DNA of 64,000 nt from an uncultured archaeon. Lineage in GTDB: Archaea > Asgardarchaeota > Lokiarchaeia > Sigyniarchaeales > SOKP01. Location: contig CAZWEM010000014.1 in assembly GCA_964632315.1 (NCBI GenBank), positions 1 through 64,000 of the forward strand. The letters run 5' to 3'. Positions 30,868-40,312 of the stretch are shown piece after piece. A program made the translations under genes and the position numbers. Each line of letters begins with the position of its first letter. Position 1 is the first letter of the stretch. Below the pieces are notes generated by a model, which saw only the letters and a program-made list of their open reading frames with translations, was not told where the DNA came from and ran no database searches.

Positions 30868-31091
30868 TTATCAACTTCTTTCTGTTTACTATTAAATTGA
30901 AAAATTCGATATTTAAAGATAAGGTCTAAGTTTTCAAGATTTTTAATAAATTTTTATTAAATGTTATAGATAGATTGTCTAGAATGATAATCTTCTATAA
31001 AGTTCATAATTATGAATAACTTTATTTTTTAAGGCAACAATTTAAAGATAAATTCTAGATTTAGGTTAGTAAAACTATCTGGTGAATTTGA

Positions 31092-31712
31092 ATGGAACCT
31101 CTATTCAATCTCAACTTAAAAGCACAAGAAAATCTAATAATTGCTAAAAAGGAAAAATTAGTTGCTTTGGAATTAAAGAAATTGGCTAAAAATTTGTTGA
31201 AAAAAGCGAAAAGTAGAAAGAAATTTGCTGAAAAAGAATTGGAGCTAAATAAAGTACGAAAAAATTTAGTAAACCATAATAAAAAGTTATTAGAAAGCCA
31301 GATTAAATCAAGGGAAATTTTAGGTTTTTCAGAAGAAGTAACTAAAAAAGAAGAAAGATTCATTGATTACCATGAAAAAGTTGCTGAAAATCAAATTGAA
31401 CTGGCTAAACATCATATAGAACTAGCTAAACTTGAGGAAGAACTAGCGAAAAGTAAACTCTTACAAGCAGATTCAAAATTAAAAGTCGCAAATATGCGTA
31501 TAGAATTAGGGAAAATTCAGCTAAAATTTGGAAAAGCAGTTGAAAATAAATCGCGTGAAAAGGCGAATCTAATAAAGGCTCGATACAATCAAAAACAAAA
31601 GGAATTAAGTGAAGAACTGAAAGACTTGGCCGAAAAAGAAAATCAAGTTAAACATTATCAAGATGATATAGCAAGTTTAAGTTCTCAGCTCTCCCAGAGT
31701 ATAGCAAAATGA
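31092..31712 (+). CDS. Long coiled-coil protein of unknown function
   Basis: GGTGA at 31081; 206 aa of K/E/L/A heptads, almost proline-free. Confidence 0.8.
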   Translation: MEPLFNLNLKAQENLIIAKKEKLVALELKKLAKNLLKKAKSRKKFAEKELELNKVRKNLVNHNKKLLESQIKSREILGFSEEVTKKEERFIDYHEKVAENQIELAKHHIELAKLEEELAKSKLLQADSKLKVANMRIELGKIQLKFGKAVENKSREKANLIKARYNQKQKELSEELKDLAEKENQVKHYQDDIASLSSQLSQSIAK

Positions 31713-31804
31713 AGAAACTAAATAATAAATTTGCATAATTTAAATCTCCTTTTTATCTATAATTCTGAGCCACCAAGTTTTTATATTATATTCAGCATAA
31801 CGTA

Positions 31805-32719
31805 GTGATGATTATGTCAAATTATAGTATGATTAAAAACGTCGGTGGAAATGTTGTTCGTGGAATTGGTTACTTTCTTTTCTTTGCAGACATAATAGTT
31901 ATGATAAGCATAATTATTGCATTCAATTTCTTTGCAGTAGCAATTGATTTAGTAATTTTTATTTTGGTAGGCATATTGATCGTTTTAGGATTTATTTTAA
32001 TGGGGATCTATATTATTCCACAATGGATTAAAGTACCAACATTAAAACTCGGAAATTACAAGAAAATGCGGGGTCCAGGAATCTTCTGGCTTTTTCCATT
32101 CATATATCAGATACCTTTTGCGCTTGATATACGAATTATTACAACCACGTTTTCAGCAGAACAAACACTCACTAAAGATAATGTACCTGTGAATGTGGAT
32201 GCTGTGTTATTTTGGAAAGTAGTGGATACGTATAAGGCCTCAATTCATGTCCAAGATTATCAAAATGCAATTGCATGGGCTGCCCAAACATCATTAAGAG
32301 ACATTATTGGAAAAACTGAATTAAGTCAAATGCTTGTAGGAAGAGAAGAAATATCGCACGATCTTGAACGAATAATTGATGAGCGGACTGAAGAATGGGG
32401 TGTAAAATCTATTTCCGTCGAGCTTAGAGATGTCATAATCCCTACAGCATTACAAGATGCAATGAGTCGACAAGCTCAAGCTGAAAGAGAGCGACAAGCA
32501 AGGGTAATTTTAGCTGGATCCGAAGAGCAAATTGCGAGTAAGTTTATAAATGCGGCTCAAATTTATGAAAAAGATAAGGTGGCATTAAATCTAAGAGCGA
32601 TGAATATTCTCTATGAAACAATGAAAGATAAAGGAGCGTGGATTATTGTTCCTTCTGATATGGTAAATATTTTGGGAGGGAGATTTAAAGATATCGATGA
32701 TAAGAAGGAAGTGTTTTAA
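31805..32719 (+). CDS. SPFH/band 7 (stomatin/slipin) protein
   Basis: Two N-terminal TM segments, GPG, DIR, TKDNVPVNVDAV, AQTSLRDIIG, AMSRQAQAERERQA. Confidence 0.93.
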   Translation: MMIMSNYSMIKNVGGNVVRGIGYFLFFADIIVMISIIIAFNFFAVAIDLVIFILVGILIVLGFILMGIYIIPQWIKVPTLKLGNYKKMRGPGIFWLFPFIYQIPFALDIRIITTTFSAEQTLTKDNVPVNVDAVLFWKVVDTYKASIHVQDYQNAIAWAAQTSLRDIIGKTELSQMLVGREEISHDLERIIDERTEEWGVKSISVELRDVIIPTALQDAMSRQAQAERERQARVILAGSEEQIASKFINAAQIYEKDKVALNLRAMNILYETMKDKGAWIIVPSDMVNILGGRFKDIDDKKEVF

Positions 32720-33016
32720 AGATTAAACCATTCTATTACTCTAATTAACGTTTTTCGACTTATCATTAATTTTATTTACAAATTATTAGTAGTTATAAAG
32801 GGGAAAAAAATATCATAAATTCATTATTGAAAGAAATGTAGGATCAACAACTCTTATGTAGATCTAACAATAACTTTAAATATGATAAATGCATATTATT
32901 ATTTGTTAACACGCTTTACTGACTCATTCTTATATTTTCAAGTGAAACATTCAATCTAATTTAAGTTGAGATCAATTAAGGCATGTTCTCAAAATATAAA
33001 ATTGAAGAAATAAAAA

Positions 33017-34597
33017 ATGAGAATATTATATGTAAATCCGGGCAAACTGAATTCTGGATTAGATGCTATTGTCAAAGGTGCACCATTGAATCTTGTCACA
33101 ATTGCAGCAATGGTCCCAGAACATGATGCAGAGTTATTTGATTTTAAAATGGATAAATACAAGGAGAACGACTTCCGTTCCTTATTGAAAAACTCTGATA
33201 TTGTAGCAATCACGAGTCTAACACCTCAAATCAGCCATGCATTGGTTATTGCAAGAATGGCAAAAGAAGAAGGATGCATAACAATTTTAGGAGGTTATCA
33301 TCCTACTTTAGATCCTGAATATGTGATCTCAAAAGAACAAGTAGATTATGTAATACGAGGTGAAGGAGAACACACTTTCAAGGAACTTATTGATTATTTA
33401 AGTTCAGAAAAAAATGAGGGCGATTTAGAAAAAATTGATGGTCTCTCATATAAAAGAGCCGATGGAAGTGTGATTCATAATACTGAGAGAGAACTTGAAA
33501 AGAATTTAGATGTGTTTCCCTTACCAAAAAGAGAATTATTTGGAAATAGAAAATATGCCGCATTAGGGGCTCTAACTCAACCTGTAGAAACATCTCGAGG
33601 TTGTAGCTTTAATTGTAGATTCTGTTGTATTATAAAGATGTGGAGAAATTCTAATGGTGGTCCGACTTATCGGACGAAATCAATTAAGCGAATTATGCAA
33701 GAGATTTATGCTGTGGGCTGGAAAACGGATTTTATCTTCTTCACTGACGATAATTTTACCGTCAATGTAAAAAGAACAAATAAAATTCTAGATGCCATCA
33801 TTAAATCGGGGGTTCAACATAAAATACATTTTACATGTCAGTCGAGAGTTGATGTTATCTATAATAATCAATGGTTGATTGAAAAATTTAAAAAGGCGGG
33901 GTTCCGTCAAATATTTTTAGGAATTGAGTCCGTTCATCAACAAAGCCTTGATGCAATGAATAAAAAGAATACCACCCCAGAAATGGTAAAAGACGTCGTT
34001 AAAAAGCTACGTGATCAAGGTATCTCGATTTTTGGAGGCGTTATTATTGGCTTTCCGGGTGAAACTAAACGAATGGTACGACAAAACATTCAATACGCTA
34101 AAGATATGAAGCTTGATGTGGTACAATTTACACCAATCACTGCTTTTCCAGGTACTCCGTTTTATGAGGAGATGGAAGAAAAGGGAATGATCACTTCAAC
34201 CGATTACACCAATTACGATTTATTTCACACGATGATGGGCACAGACGAATTATCAGCTCAAGAGATCTATGAACTGGTTGCTGAGGCTTATAATGCGTTT
34301 TACTTGCAATGGGGGTGGTTGATAGAAAAAGCTACGGAATATCTTAATCCTTTAGGGAAGTTTAATTGGATGACTCGGAAAATACTCAAACTCATTCAAC
34401 AAATGGTCTTGAATGGGCGGAGCATGCTTTCAGCACAAGGTTTCGGTGAGAATGGGCTTTCAAAAGAATTAAAAAATAAGAAAGAACTCATGAAAGATGT
34501 AGAATTATATGTTAAGCTTAACGGCAACGGAAATGGTAAAATCGAATCCCATAAAATGGTCGAAACTCCAATCCAAGTAAAAGTGGAAGAACATTAA
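33017..34597 (+). CDS. Cobalamin-binding (class B) radical SAM protein
   Basis: N-terminal B12 domain (GGYHPT, RGEGE), SRGCSFNCRFC, DDNF, GIES, FPGT. Confidence 0.92.
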   Translation: MRILYVNPGKLNSGLDAIVKGAPLNLVTIAAMVPEHDAELFDFKMDKYKENDFRSLLKNSDIVAITSLTPQISHALVIARMAKEEGCITILGGYHPTLDPEYVISKEQVDYVIRGEGEHTFKELIDYLSSEKNEGDLEKIDGLSYKRADGSVIHNTERELEKNLDVFPLPKRELFGNRKYAALGALTQPVETSRGCSFNCRFCCIIKMWRNSNGGPTYRTKSIKRIMQEIYAVGWKTDFIFFTDDNFTVNVKRTNKILDAIIKSGVQHKIHFTCQSRVDVIYNNQWLIEKFKKAGFRQIFLGIESVHQQSLDAMNKKNTTPEMVKDVVKKLRDQGISIFGGVIIGFPGETKRMVRQNIQYAKDMKLDVVQFTPITAFPGTPFYEEMEEKGMITSTDYTNYDLFHTMMGTDELSAQEIYELVAEAYNAFYLQWGWLIEKATEYLNPLGKFNWMTRKILKLIQQMVLNGRSMLSAQGFGENGLSKELKNKKELMKDVELYVKLNGNGNGKIESHKMVETPIQVKVEEH

Positions 34598-34977
34598 AAA
34601 TAATTGAAGTAAATCTCATATCTTTTTATTAAATTGCCTAAAAACAAGGATCACAGCTATTGATGTAATGCTGTATAAATCTTGCTCTTCACTTTTTAAT
34701 TATGAATTTGTTATTTTTTTTTTATCCTCTTAACATATTTCATCAATTCAATTAGGGGGAAACGCCCCTGATTGTATAATATCTATACCTTTTCTTTTAA
34801 CCTCATCAATATCAATGGGTGATAATAACCATTTTCCAATTAAAATCACTTTTAAATTTTTTTTTAAATCATGTATACTTTTTAAGTGTATATATAACTT
34901 AGAGGAGGCAATCAATTAGGATAGTTCATTTTTAATGAATTTTGGAAATATTTTGAATGAACGATTTATAACAATTT

Positions 34978-35709
34978 TTGAATTTAATAGAGATGTCAAT
35001 TATGAAAGTTTTTAGTAGATATATGGAAAAATTTGTATCTATCGCAATTTATAGGGGAAATCTCAAAATTAATTTTCAATATGATAAAACGGATTCAATT
35101 TTTTCCAAATTACGATATTTACAGAGAATTAAGGACTTCATTTATGAATTAAAAATAAAACTCGATGAACACTTTATCTTTGATGCATTAACGTATCCAA
35201 ATGATTTTCATGTTGAATTAAATGGTAATTTTGTGTATAATCAAGATTTAAATCAAATAGTTGACCTTAGTTTCGGCATGGTAAAAGTCATTTCATTTAT
35301 AATTCCAAATATCTATCAAACGAAGCGGGGAAGACATGAAATAATGTTTCAATTTCGTGAAAAAAGATTCATGTTTACCATGAGGATCCTTGAATTTGAT
35401 GAAAAGTTAGATTTTCCTCCCTCATCTAAAATCGAGCCAATAAGGCAACAAGCAGAAGCGTTAATTTCTACTGAAGAGAAAACGAAAAATTATCTCACCA
35501 AATTGAGGAAAACGGCAAATTTAGTAGGAGTATTAGTATATTTAGCAGTGAGTGCGTTTCTTGTTGCTGCAACAATAAGTGCTGCATTAGATCCAATTGC
35601 ACACCAATTAGATGTGGTATTCAGCTCTGTCTTAGCATTAGTTGTTTGGACGCTACTATGGGTGGCAATTTTCATTTTTACTAAAATTATTAAGAAAAAG
35701 ACGCCATAA
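34978..35709 (+). CDS. Hypothetical protein with two C-terminal TM helices
   Basis: 243-aa ORF; hydrophobic LVGVLVYLAV... and VVFSSVLALVVW...; basic tail. Confidence 0.7.
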   Translation: MNLIEMSIMKVFSRYMEKFVSIAIYRGNLKINFQYDKTDSIFSKLRYLQRIKDFIYELKIKLDEHFIFDALTYPNDFHVELNGNFVYNQDLNQIVDLSFGMVKVISFIIPNIYQTKRGRHEIMFQFREKRFMFTMRILEFDEKLDFPPSSKIEPIRQQAEALISTEEKTKNYLTKLRKTANLVGVLVYLAVSAFLVAATISAALDPIAHQLDVVFSSVLALVVWTLLWVAIFIFTKIIKKKTP

Positions 35710-35788
35710 ATGTTTAAATCGTACTTTTAAGTCCTACAGTTAAGATTTTGCTAAGTACTAATATTATATTTCCAAAGTTAAAATGAGA

Positions 35789-36232
35789 TTAACCTATTGA
35801 AATTCCTCGTTCTTTCAGCCAAGATTTAAGTTTCTCAAATAATGCATCTCTAATTTCACGAAATTTAGCTAGTTTTTCTTCTACTGTCCCCTCAAAAACT
35901 GTTGGATCTTCAAATGGCCAATAAAGTCTCGTTCCAAAACCAGGAATTGTAGGACACTTTTCCTCTGCTTTTTGACACATTGTATTTACGATACCAAAAT
36001 GTTTCTGACCAAGGAATTGGGATATGTTCTTAGAATATTGATCACTTAAATCATAACCTAACTCCTCCATAACTTGAATGGCATATGGGTCAATCTCATT
36101 TGGCTCAAACCCCGAGCTATGAATTTCAAAATGATCGGATGCATATGTTTTAAGAAAGGCTTCAGCCATTTGACTTCTTGCTGAATTACCGGTGTATAAT
36201 ACGATTAAGTTTGGTTTTGTCATAAATGACAA
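35789..36232 (-). CDS. ArsC/LMW-PTP family arsenate-reductase-like protein lacking the nucleophilic Cys
   Basis: YTGNSARSQMAE P-loop, CQKAEEKCP, WPFEDP, FREIRD; Tyr (TAC) in place of the first Cys. Confidence 0.85.
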   Translation of the reverse strand: MSFMTKPNLIVLYTGNSARSQMAEAFLKTYASDHFEIHSSGFEPNEIDPYAIQVMEELGYDLSDQYSKNISQFLGQKHFGIVNTMCQKAEEKCPTIPGFGTRLYWPFEDPTVFEGTVEEKLAKFREIRDALFEKLKSWLKERGISIG

Positions 36233-36351
36233 ATTATTATTTGACTTTTAAGAATATGGAATACATAATATATAGAGAAAGTGATAAACTGGTTTATAAA
36301 ATTAAAAAATTCTATTGATGTTTTGTAAGTTAAAAAATAAACGTAGTAATA

Positions 36352-36468
36352 TTCGATTTTCGATATATTCATAAGGGGCTCTTCTTCAAATATGTTTGAT
36401 GTTCGATTTCCGATATATTTATAAAGGCTCCTTCTCTTAATATAATGATCTTCGATTTGCGATATATT
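36352..36468 (+). promoter_or_regulatory. Three copies of TTCGATTTNCGATATATT at ~50-nt spacing; putative PadR operators
   Basis: Copies at 36352-69, 36402-19 and 36451-68; the two spacers are also similar to each other; directly upstream of the PadR gene. Confidence 0.7.
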
Positions 36469-36513
36469 CCTAAAAAATTGGAGATCAATAATCATCTTCA
36501 ATCAGTGAAAATA

Positions 36514-37137
36514 ATGTTTTTTGGCAAGCGATTTAGTAGTTATCATTCAGATTCTCTATCAGGGATTGAGATTCTTGTTCTTTCCATCATAAAAAATCAT
36601 GAAGGGATTACAGGTTATGATATAATCCAAATGATAAAAGGAAAGTTTGGCGGTATGTGGCATGCTTCTGCAGGGACGATATATCCGTTGTTAAGTCGAC
36701 TTGCCGATGATAATTTAGTTGAACTCCAAGAAGTTACCGAAAATAATCGTCTGAAAAAGATCTATTTCATCTCTAAAAAAGGCGAAGAAGAACTTGAGAA
36801 ATTAGATAAAATTTTCACTGTGGGTGTCGATAATTTAAAAGATTTCATTCAAACCATTTTTAAGGCAATACCTGGAATAGAAACTAAAACTAAATTTACT
36901 TTTTGTAATTTTCCATATAGTTCTTGTCATGAGCAGTCAACTAAAGATGAAACATTAGATCTTTCACAGCAAAATATTAATAAAATTAAGAAAGAAATTA
37001 AACAATTAAAAACAAGAGCAGAGTTAATTGACCAAGAAATTAAATCTCGAGAATACCTATTAAACAAAATTCTCAAGAAGCGAGAAACTAGCAAGCGCTC
37101 AATCGACATTGAAGATGATATAGATTATATCTCTTAA
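36514..37137 (+). CDS. PadR family transcriptional regulator (ORF track starts at 36445; ATG 36514 more plausible)
   Basis: ILVLSII...TGYDII...SAGTIYPLLSRL...KKIYFISKKG winged helix. Confidence 0.9.
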   Translation: MFFGKRFSSYHSDSLSGIEILVLSIIKNHEGITGYDIIQMIKGKFGGMWHASAGTIYPLLSRLADDNLVELQEVTENNRLKKIYFISKKGEEELEKLDKIFTVGVDNLKDFIQTIFKAIPGIETKTKFTFCNFPYSSCHEQSTKDETLDLSQQNINKIKKEIKQLKTRAELIDQEIKSREYLLNKILKKRETSKRSIDIEDDIDYIS

Positions 37138-37164
37138 AAAAATTAAAATACAGAGGGTAAAAAT

Positions 37165-37662
37165 ATGTGTGATGAAAAAAAATATGACCCTAAAAGGATG
37201 CATCATTACGCACCTCATGGACAATTTTGTTTTTCTCCAAAAGGTGTTGCCAGAATGAAGAACGTGGCTGGTCAATTCATTAAAGGGTTCATGCACCAAA
37301 TGGGTTCCTATATTCCATATAATATTGATGACTTAGGTACTGAATACTTGATTATTGTTCCTTTACCAGGCAGGACGAAGGAAGATGTCAAAGTATCGCT
37401 AATTAACAAGAATATCAATGTCGAAGCGAAAAAACCTAAAATTTCTGAAAAAGAAGAGAAAGATGTAAAAGAGAAGGAAGAAGAATGCTGTGGGTTCCCT
37501 ACGAGAGGTTTCCGATTCATTGACGTGAACATGGACATTCCATTACCCGTAGATGCGGATGAAAATTCAGTAAGCTCTAAAATGGGAAATGGATTGCTCA
37601 AAATTCAAGTTACAAAGAAACCAGCAAAGAATATCAACATTAACGAAGAGGAGAACAATTAA
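37165..37662 (+). CDS. Hsp20/alpha-crystallin small heat-shock protein
   Basis: LPGRTKEDVKV, IPLPVDAD, NGLLKIQVTK, C-terminal INI (IxI) motif. Confidence 0.88.
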   Translation: MCDEKKYDPKRMHHYAPHGQFCFSPKGVARMKNVAGQFIKGFMHQMGSYIPYNIDDLGTEYLIIVPLPGRTKEDVKVSLINKNINVEAKKPKISEKEEKDVKEKEEECCGFPTRGFRFIDVNMDIPLPVDADENSVSSKMGNGLLKIQVTKKPAKNININEEENN

Positions 37663-37670
37663 AAAAGAGC

Positions 37671-37718
37671 GCTTTAGAATGAATCTTGCTAGTGCAAGTC
37701 CGTAAAATCTTCTAAAGC
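37671..37718. terminator. Hairpin between convergent hsp20 and SDR genes
   Basis: GCTTTAGAA/TTCTAAAGC outer stem with inner CTTGC-TAGT-GCAAG; T-run shortly after. Confidence 0.4.
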
Positions 37719-37780
37719 ACCCCAATAAATAGTATTTTTTTTTCTATTTCTATATTTTTGTTATAATGTAATTATTGCAA

Positions 37781-38674
37781 TTAAAACGTAGAATGAAATT
37801 TTAAATCTTGGTTTAGGAGGAATTCTCCAAGTTCACTGTTTCTTGAAATTAGGGAATAAATGTCCTTATTCAATTGTTCCTTAAGAGAACTGAGTGCATT
37901 TTTGTAGTTTTGTGAGGTATATGACATTTGCTCTTGAACTGAATGCAATCCAGAAAATAGTTCTTGTTGGTTGATCACTCTCCCTTGATACTTCTTCTTT
38001 GCTAAATCACTAGCTAAAAATAAATAAATTAGTGAGATATATTCAGGAGGATAAGTACTTCCTGATTTTTGACCTTGACTCAGTAGATATTGCATCATCC
38101 TCGTATCAATAGCTCCAGGGAGAATTACATTAACACTTATATTGTGTTGTTTTACTTCAGACTGCAAGCTTTTTCCTAATGCTGTTAGTGCGGCTTTAGA
38201 TGCAGAATATGCGACCTTTTTATTAACAAAATAGACATTACCTTGCACAGATGATGTAATTAGAATTTTTCCATTTTTTTCATTTATCATAGAAGGAAGA
38301 ATCTCTTTAATCAAGGTGTAGGTTCCAATCACGTTTAAATTGAACAATTTAACAGCGTCCTCGAGCGGTAGTTGTACAACTGTCGAAAAATGAGTCATTC
38401 CCGCATTTGCAACCAATATATCACACTTATTAAATTCCTTCTGGTATTCTTTAACACACGCTTGTACGCCTTCGATCCTTGAGTGATCAACAGGGATAGA
38501 AAGTCCTCTAACACCATATGATTCGATTTCTTCGACCACACTTTCTAACTCTTCTATTGTTCTAGATGAAACTGCTACGTTAGCTCCATTTTTGGCAAAG
38601 TCAAGCGCGATTGCTCTACCTATTCCACGCCCACCACCCGTTATTAGAGCACATTTTTCTTCAAGTAATTTCAT
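37781..38674 (-). CDS. Short-chain dehydrogenase/reductase
   Basis: TGGGRGIG, ANAG, YSASK, PGAIDT. Confidence 0.92.
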   Translation of the reverse strand: MKLLEEKCALITGGGRGIGRAIALDFAKNGANVAVSSRTIEELESVVEEIESYGVRGLSIPVDHSRIEGVQACVKEYQKEFNKCDILVANAGMTHFSTVVQLPLEDAVKLFNLNVIGTYTLIKEILPSMINEKNGKILITSSVQGNVYFVNKKVAYSASKAALTALGKSLQSEVKQHNISVNVILPGAIDTRMMQYLLSQGQKSGSTYPPEYISLIYLFLASDLAKKKYQGRVINQQELFSGLHSVQEQMSYTSQNYKNALSSLKEQLNKDIYSLISRNSELGEFLLNQDLKFHSTF

Positions 38675-38810
38675 GAAATTATCTCAATTGTCAACTGATT
38701 AACTTCTATATTCTACCTAATTAAATGATACCTAAGTTATATTTTAATTAGATTAATATGATATTGTATAATTAAAGGTTTTAGAAAAATCAATTTGAAA
38801 TTTTTGATCA

Positions 38811-39323
38811 ATGCCGTTTACGCCTTTTCATTTCGGTCCAAGCGGACTCATTGGACAATTATTGCTAAAATGGGTTGATTTTCCGACCATCCTAATAGCG
38901 AGTGTTGTCATAGATATCGAGCCATTATTTGTTATACTTTTCAATTTGTCCTATCCCTTACATGGGTTTTTCCATTCATTCTTGGGGGCGACTTTAGTGG
39001 CCTTACTGCTAATCTTAATAATGAGATACTTTAGAAGATATTTTTCAGTTTTTATGAAAATTTTTAAATTAAAACAAGATGTAACCTTGAAAAAGATCGC
39101 TTTAGGAGCATTTATCGGACTTTTTGCTCATATCCTATTGGATGCTCCAATTTATGTAGAAATGAATCCTTTTTTCCCGATCGTAGGAAATCCTTTTTTA
39201 GTTAAAAATGCGTTCATTAGCTTGGAGATCTCGATTTTTTGTATCTTTTGTTTCTTAAGTGCGATCTTAATTTATTGTATTAGACTTATTTTTCAATATA
39301 GAAAAAGAAATAGATTAAAATAA
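38811..39323 (+). CDS. Membrane-bound metal-dependent hydrolase-like protein (YdjM/DUF4184-like)
   Basis: MPFTPFH, DIEP, HGFFHS, HILLD, NPFFP with TM helices. Confidence 0.8.
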   Translation: MPFTPFHFGPSGLIGQLLLKWVDFPTILIASVVIDIEPLFVILFNLSYPLHGFFHSFLGATLVALLLILIMRYFRRYFSVFMKIFKLKQDVTLKKIALGAFIGLFAHILLDAPIYVEMNPFFPIVGNPFLVKNAFISLEISIFCIFCFLSAILIYCIRLIFQYRKRNRLK

Positions 39324-39337
39324 AATATAATAAAAAT

Positions 39338-40312
39338 TTAAGTTGATTTTCTTATTTTACGTTTTCTCACGATTACATAGACGATAAGAACGACGCTACC
39401 ACCAATAAAGCTGAATATTAACGTATAAAAAAGCCAATCACTATTACTACTTGTTATTTGATATATAATGTTATCACTTGCGTCTTTCACCGTGAAAGAT
39501 GAAAGAATTCCATTGGAACCATATGTAATTTCAATAGAATAATCCGTAACACCTGTTTTATCAAAAATTAATGTTGAACCACTAGCTGTGGTATCCACGC
39601 AACCTAGGTCGGTGACCATTGTTTCAAGATAAGTGTCTCTTGGAGATAGCACCCCAAAACCGTAATTCACTAATTGCCAAGCAAATTGATCGGCTGAAAC
39701 GTTAGGTAGAAATCCACTTTTTACAGGAATAGGTAATGTAGAGTTCCAAATTTCATCAACGATGGAATTACAATCATCAAGGATTAACTTATAATCCGAA
39801 GGATTTTTCATCATAACAATTGGGACAACAGTGTTATTCGGAGTTTCTGGATAAGTGCCTTTGGTGAAGTACCATTCAGCACTTATTCCAGACCAAACGG
39901 CATATTCGTTAGGGTATTTATCATTAATCGTAGTTTCATTAAATCCTGCTGCCGTAATACTATCATTGAAAGTCAACCATGTTATATATTCACTTAGTGA
40001 AAAATACAATGAAAGCATTGCTTGATATGTGCTAAAAGTTGTATCCACCCAACCTTTTACAGTTTGTTTACTTTTTGCTCCTGTAACATTAGCATCCCCA
40101 TGGAAGAATTGTTTAGGACTTGAAGTATTACTTACGGTTGATTTCCAAGCAGTAGCATCATACATTTTAACAGTATATTCTTCAGTACTTTTCGTTAGCG
40201 TTAACTGATAATTTGGAGTTGCAGATACCGCCGTAAACCCAAAACCGATCATTAACAATCCCAATAATCCTAATGTTAACACAATAACCCTATTTCGCGT
40301 TCTTTTCATCAT
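39338..40312 (-). CDS. Secreted/surface protein with signal peptide and C-terminal membrane anchor
   Basis: Basic N-terminus, hydrophobic stretch and AVSA site; S/T-rich body with NxS/T sequons; C-terminal TM followed by RKRKIRK. Confidence 0.8.
   Translation of the reverse strand: MMKRTRNRVIVLTLGLLGLLMIGFGFTAVSATPNYQLTLTKSTEEYTVKMYDATAWKSTVSNTSSPKQFFHGDANVTGAKSKQTVKGWVDTTFSTYQAMLSLYFSLSEYITWLTFNDSITAAGFNETTINDKYPNEYAVWSGISAEWYFTKGTYPETPNNTVVPIVMMKNPSDYKLILDDCNSIVDEIWNSTLPIPVKSGFLPNVSADQFAWQLVNYGFGVLSPRDTYLETMVTDLGCVDTTASGSTLIFDKTGVTDYSIEITYGSNGILSSFTVKDASDNIIYQITSSNSDWLFYTLIFSFIGGSVVLIVYVIVRKRKIRKST

Noticed and set aside
36352-36468. Repeats with ~31-nt spacers considered as a mini CRISPR array
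   Set aside because: The repeat is only 18 nt, the spacers resemble each other, and there are no cas genes; it fits a duplicated operator better
36220-36501. 93-aa minus-strand ORF and the 5' extension of PadR to 36445
   Set aside because: Both run through the operator-like repeats and have low-complexity I/Y/F composition; likely non-coding
37671-37718. Hairpin containing ATGA after hsp20, considered as a SECIS
   Set aside because: No GA on the 3' arm opposite the AUGA, and hsp20 has no in-frame UGA
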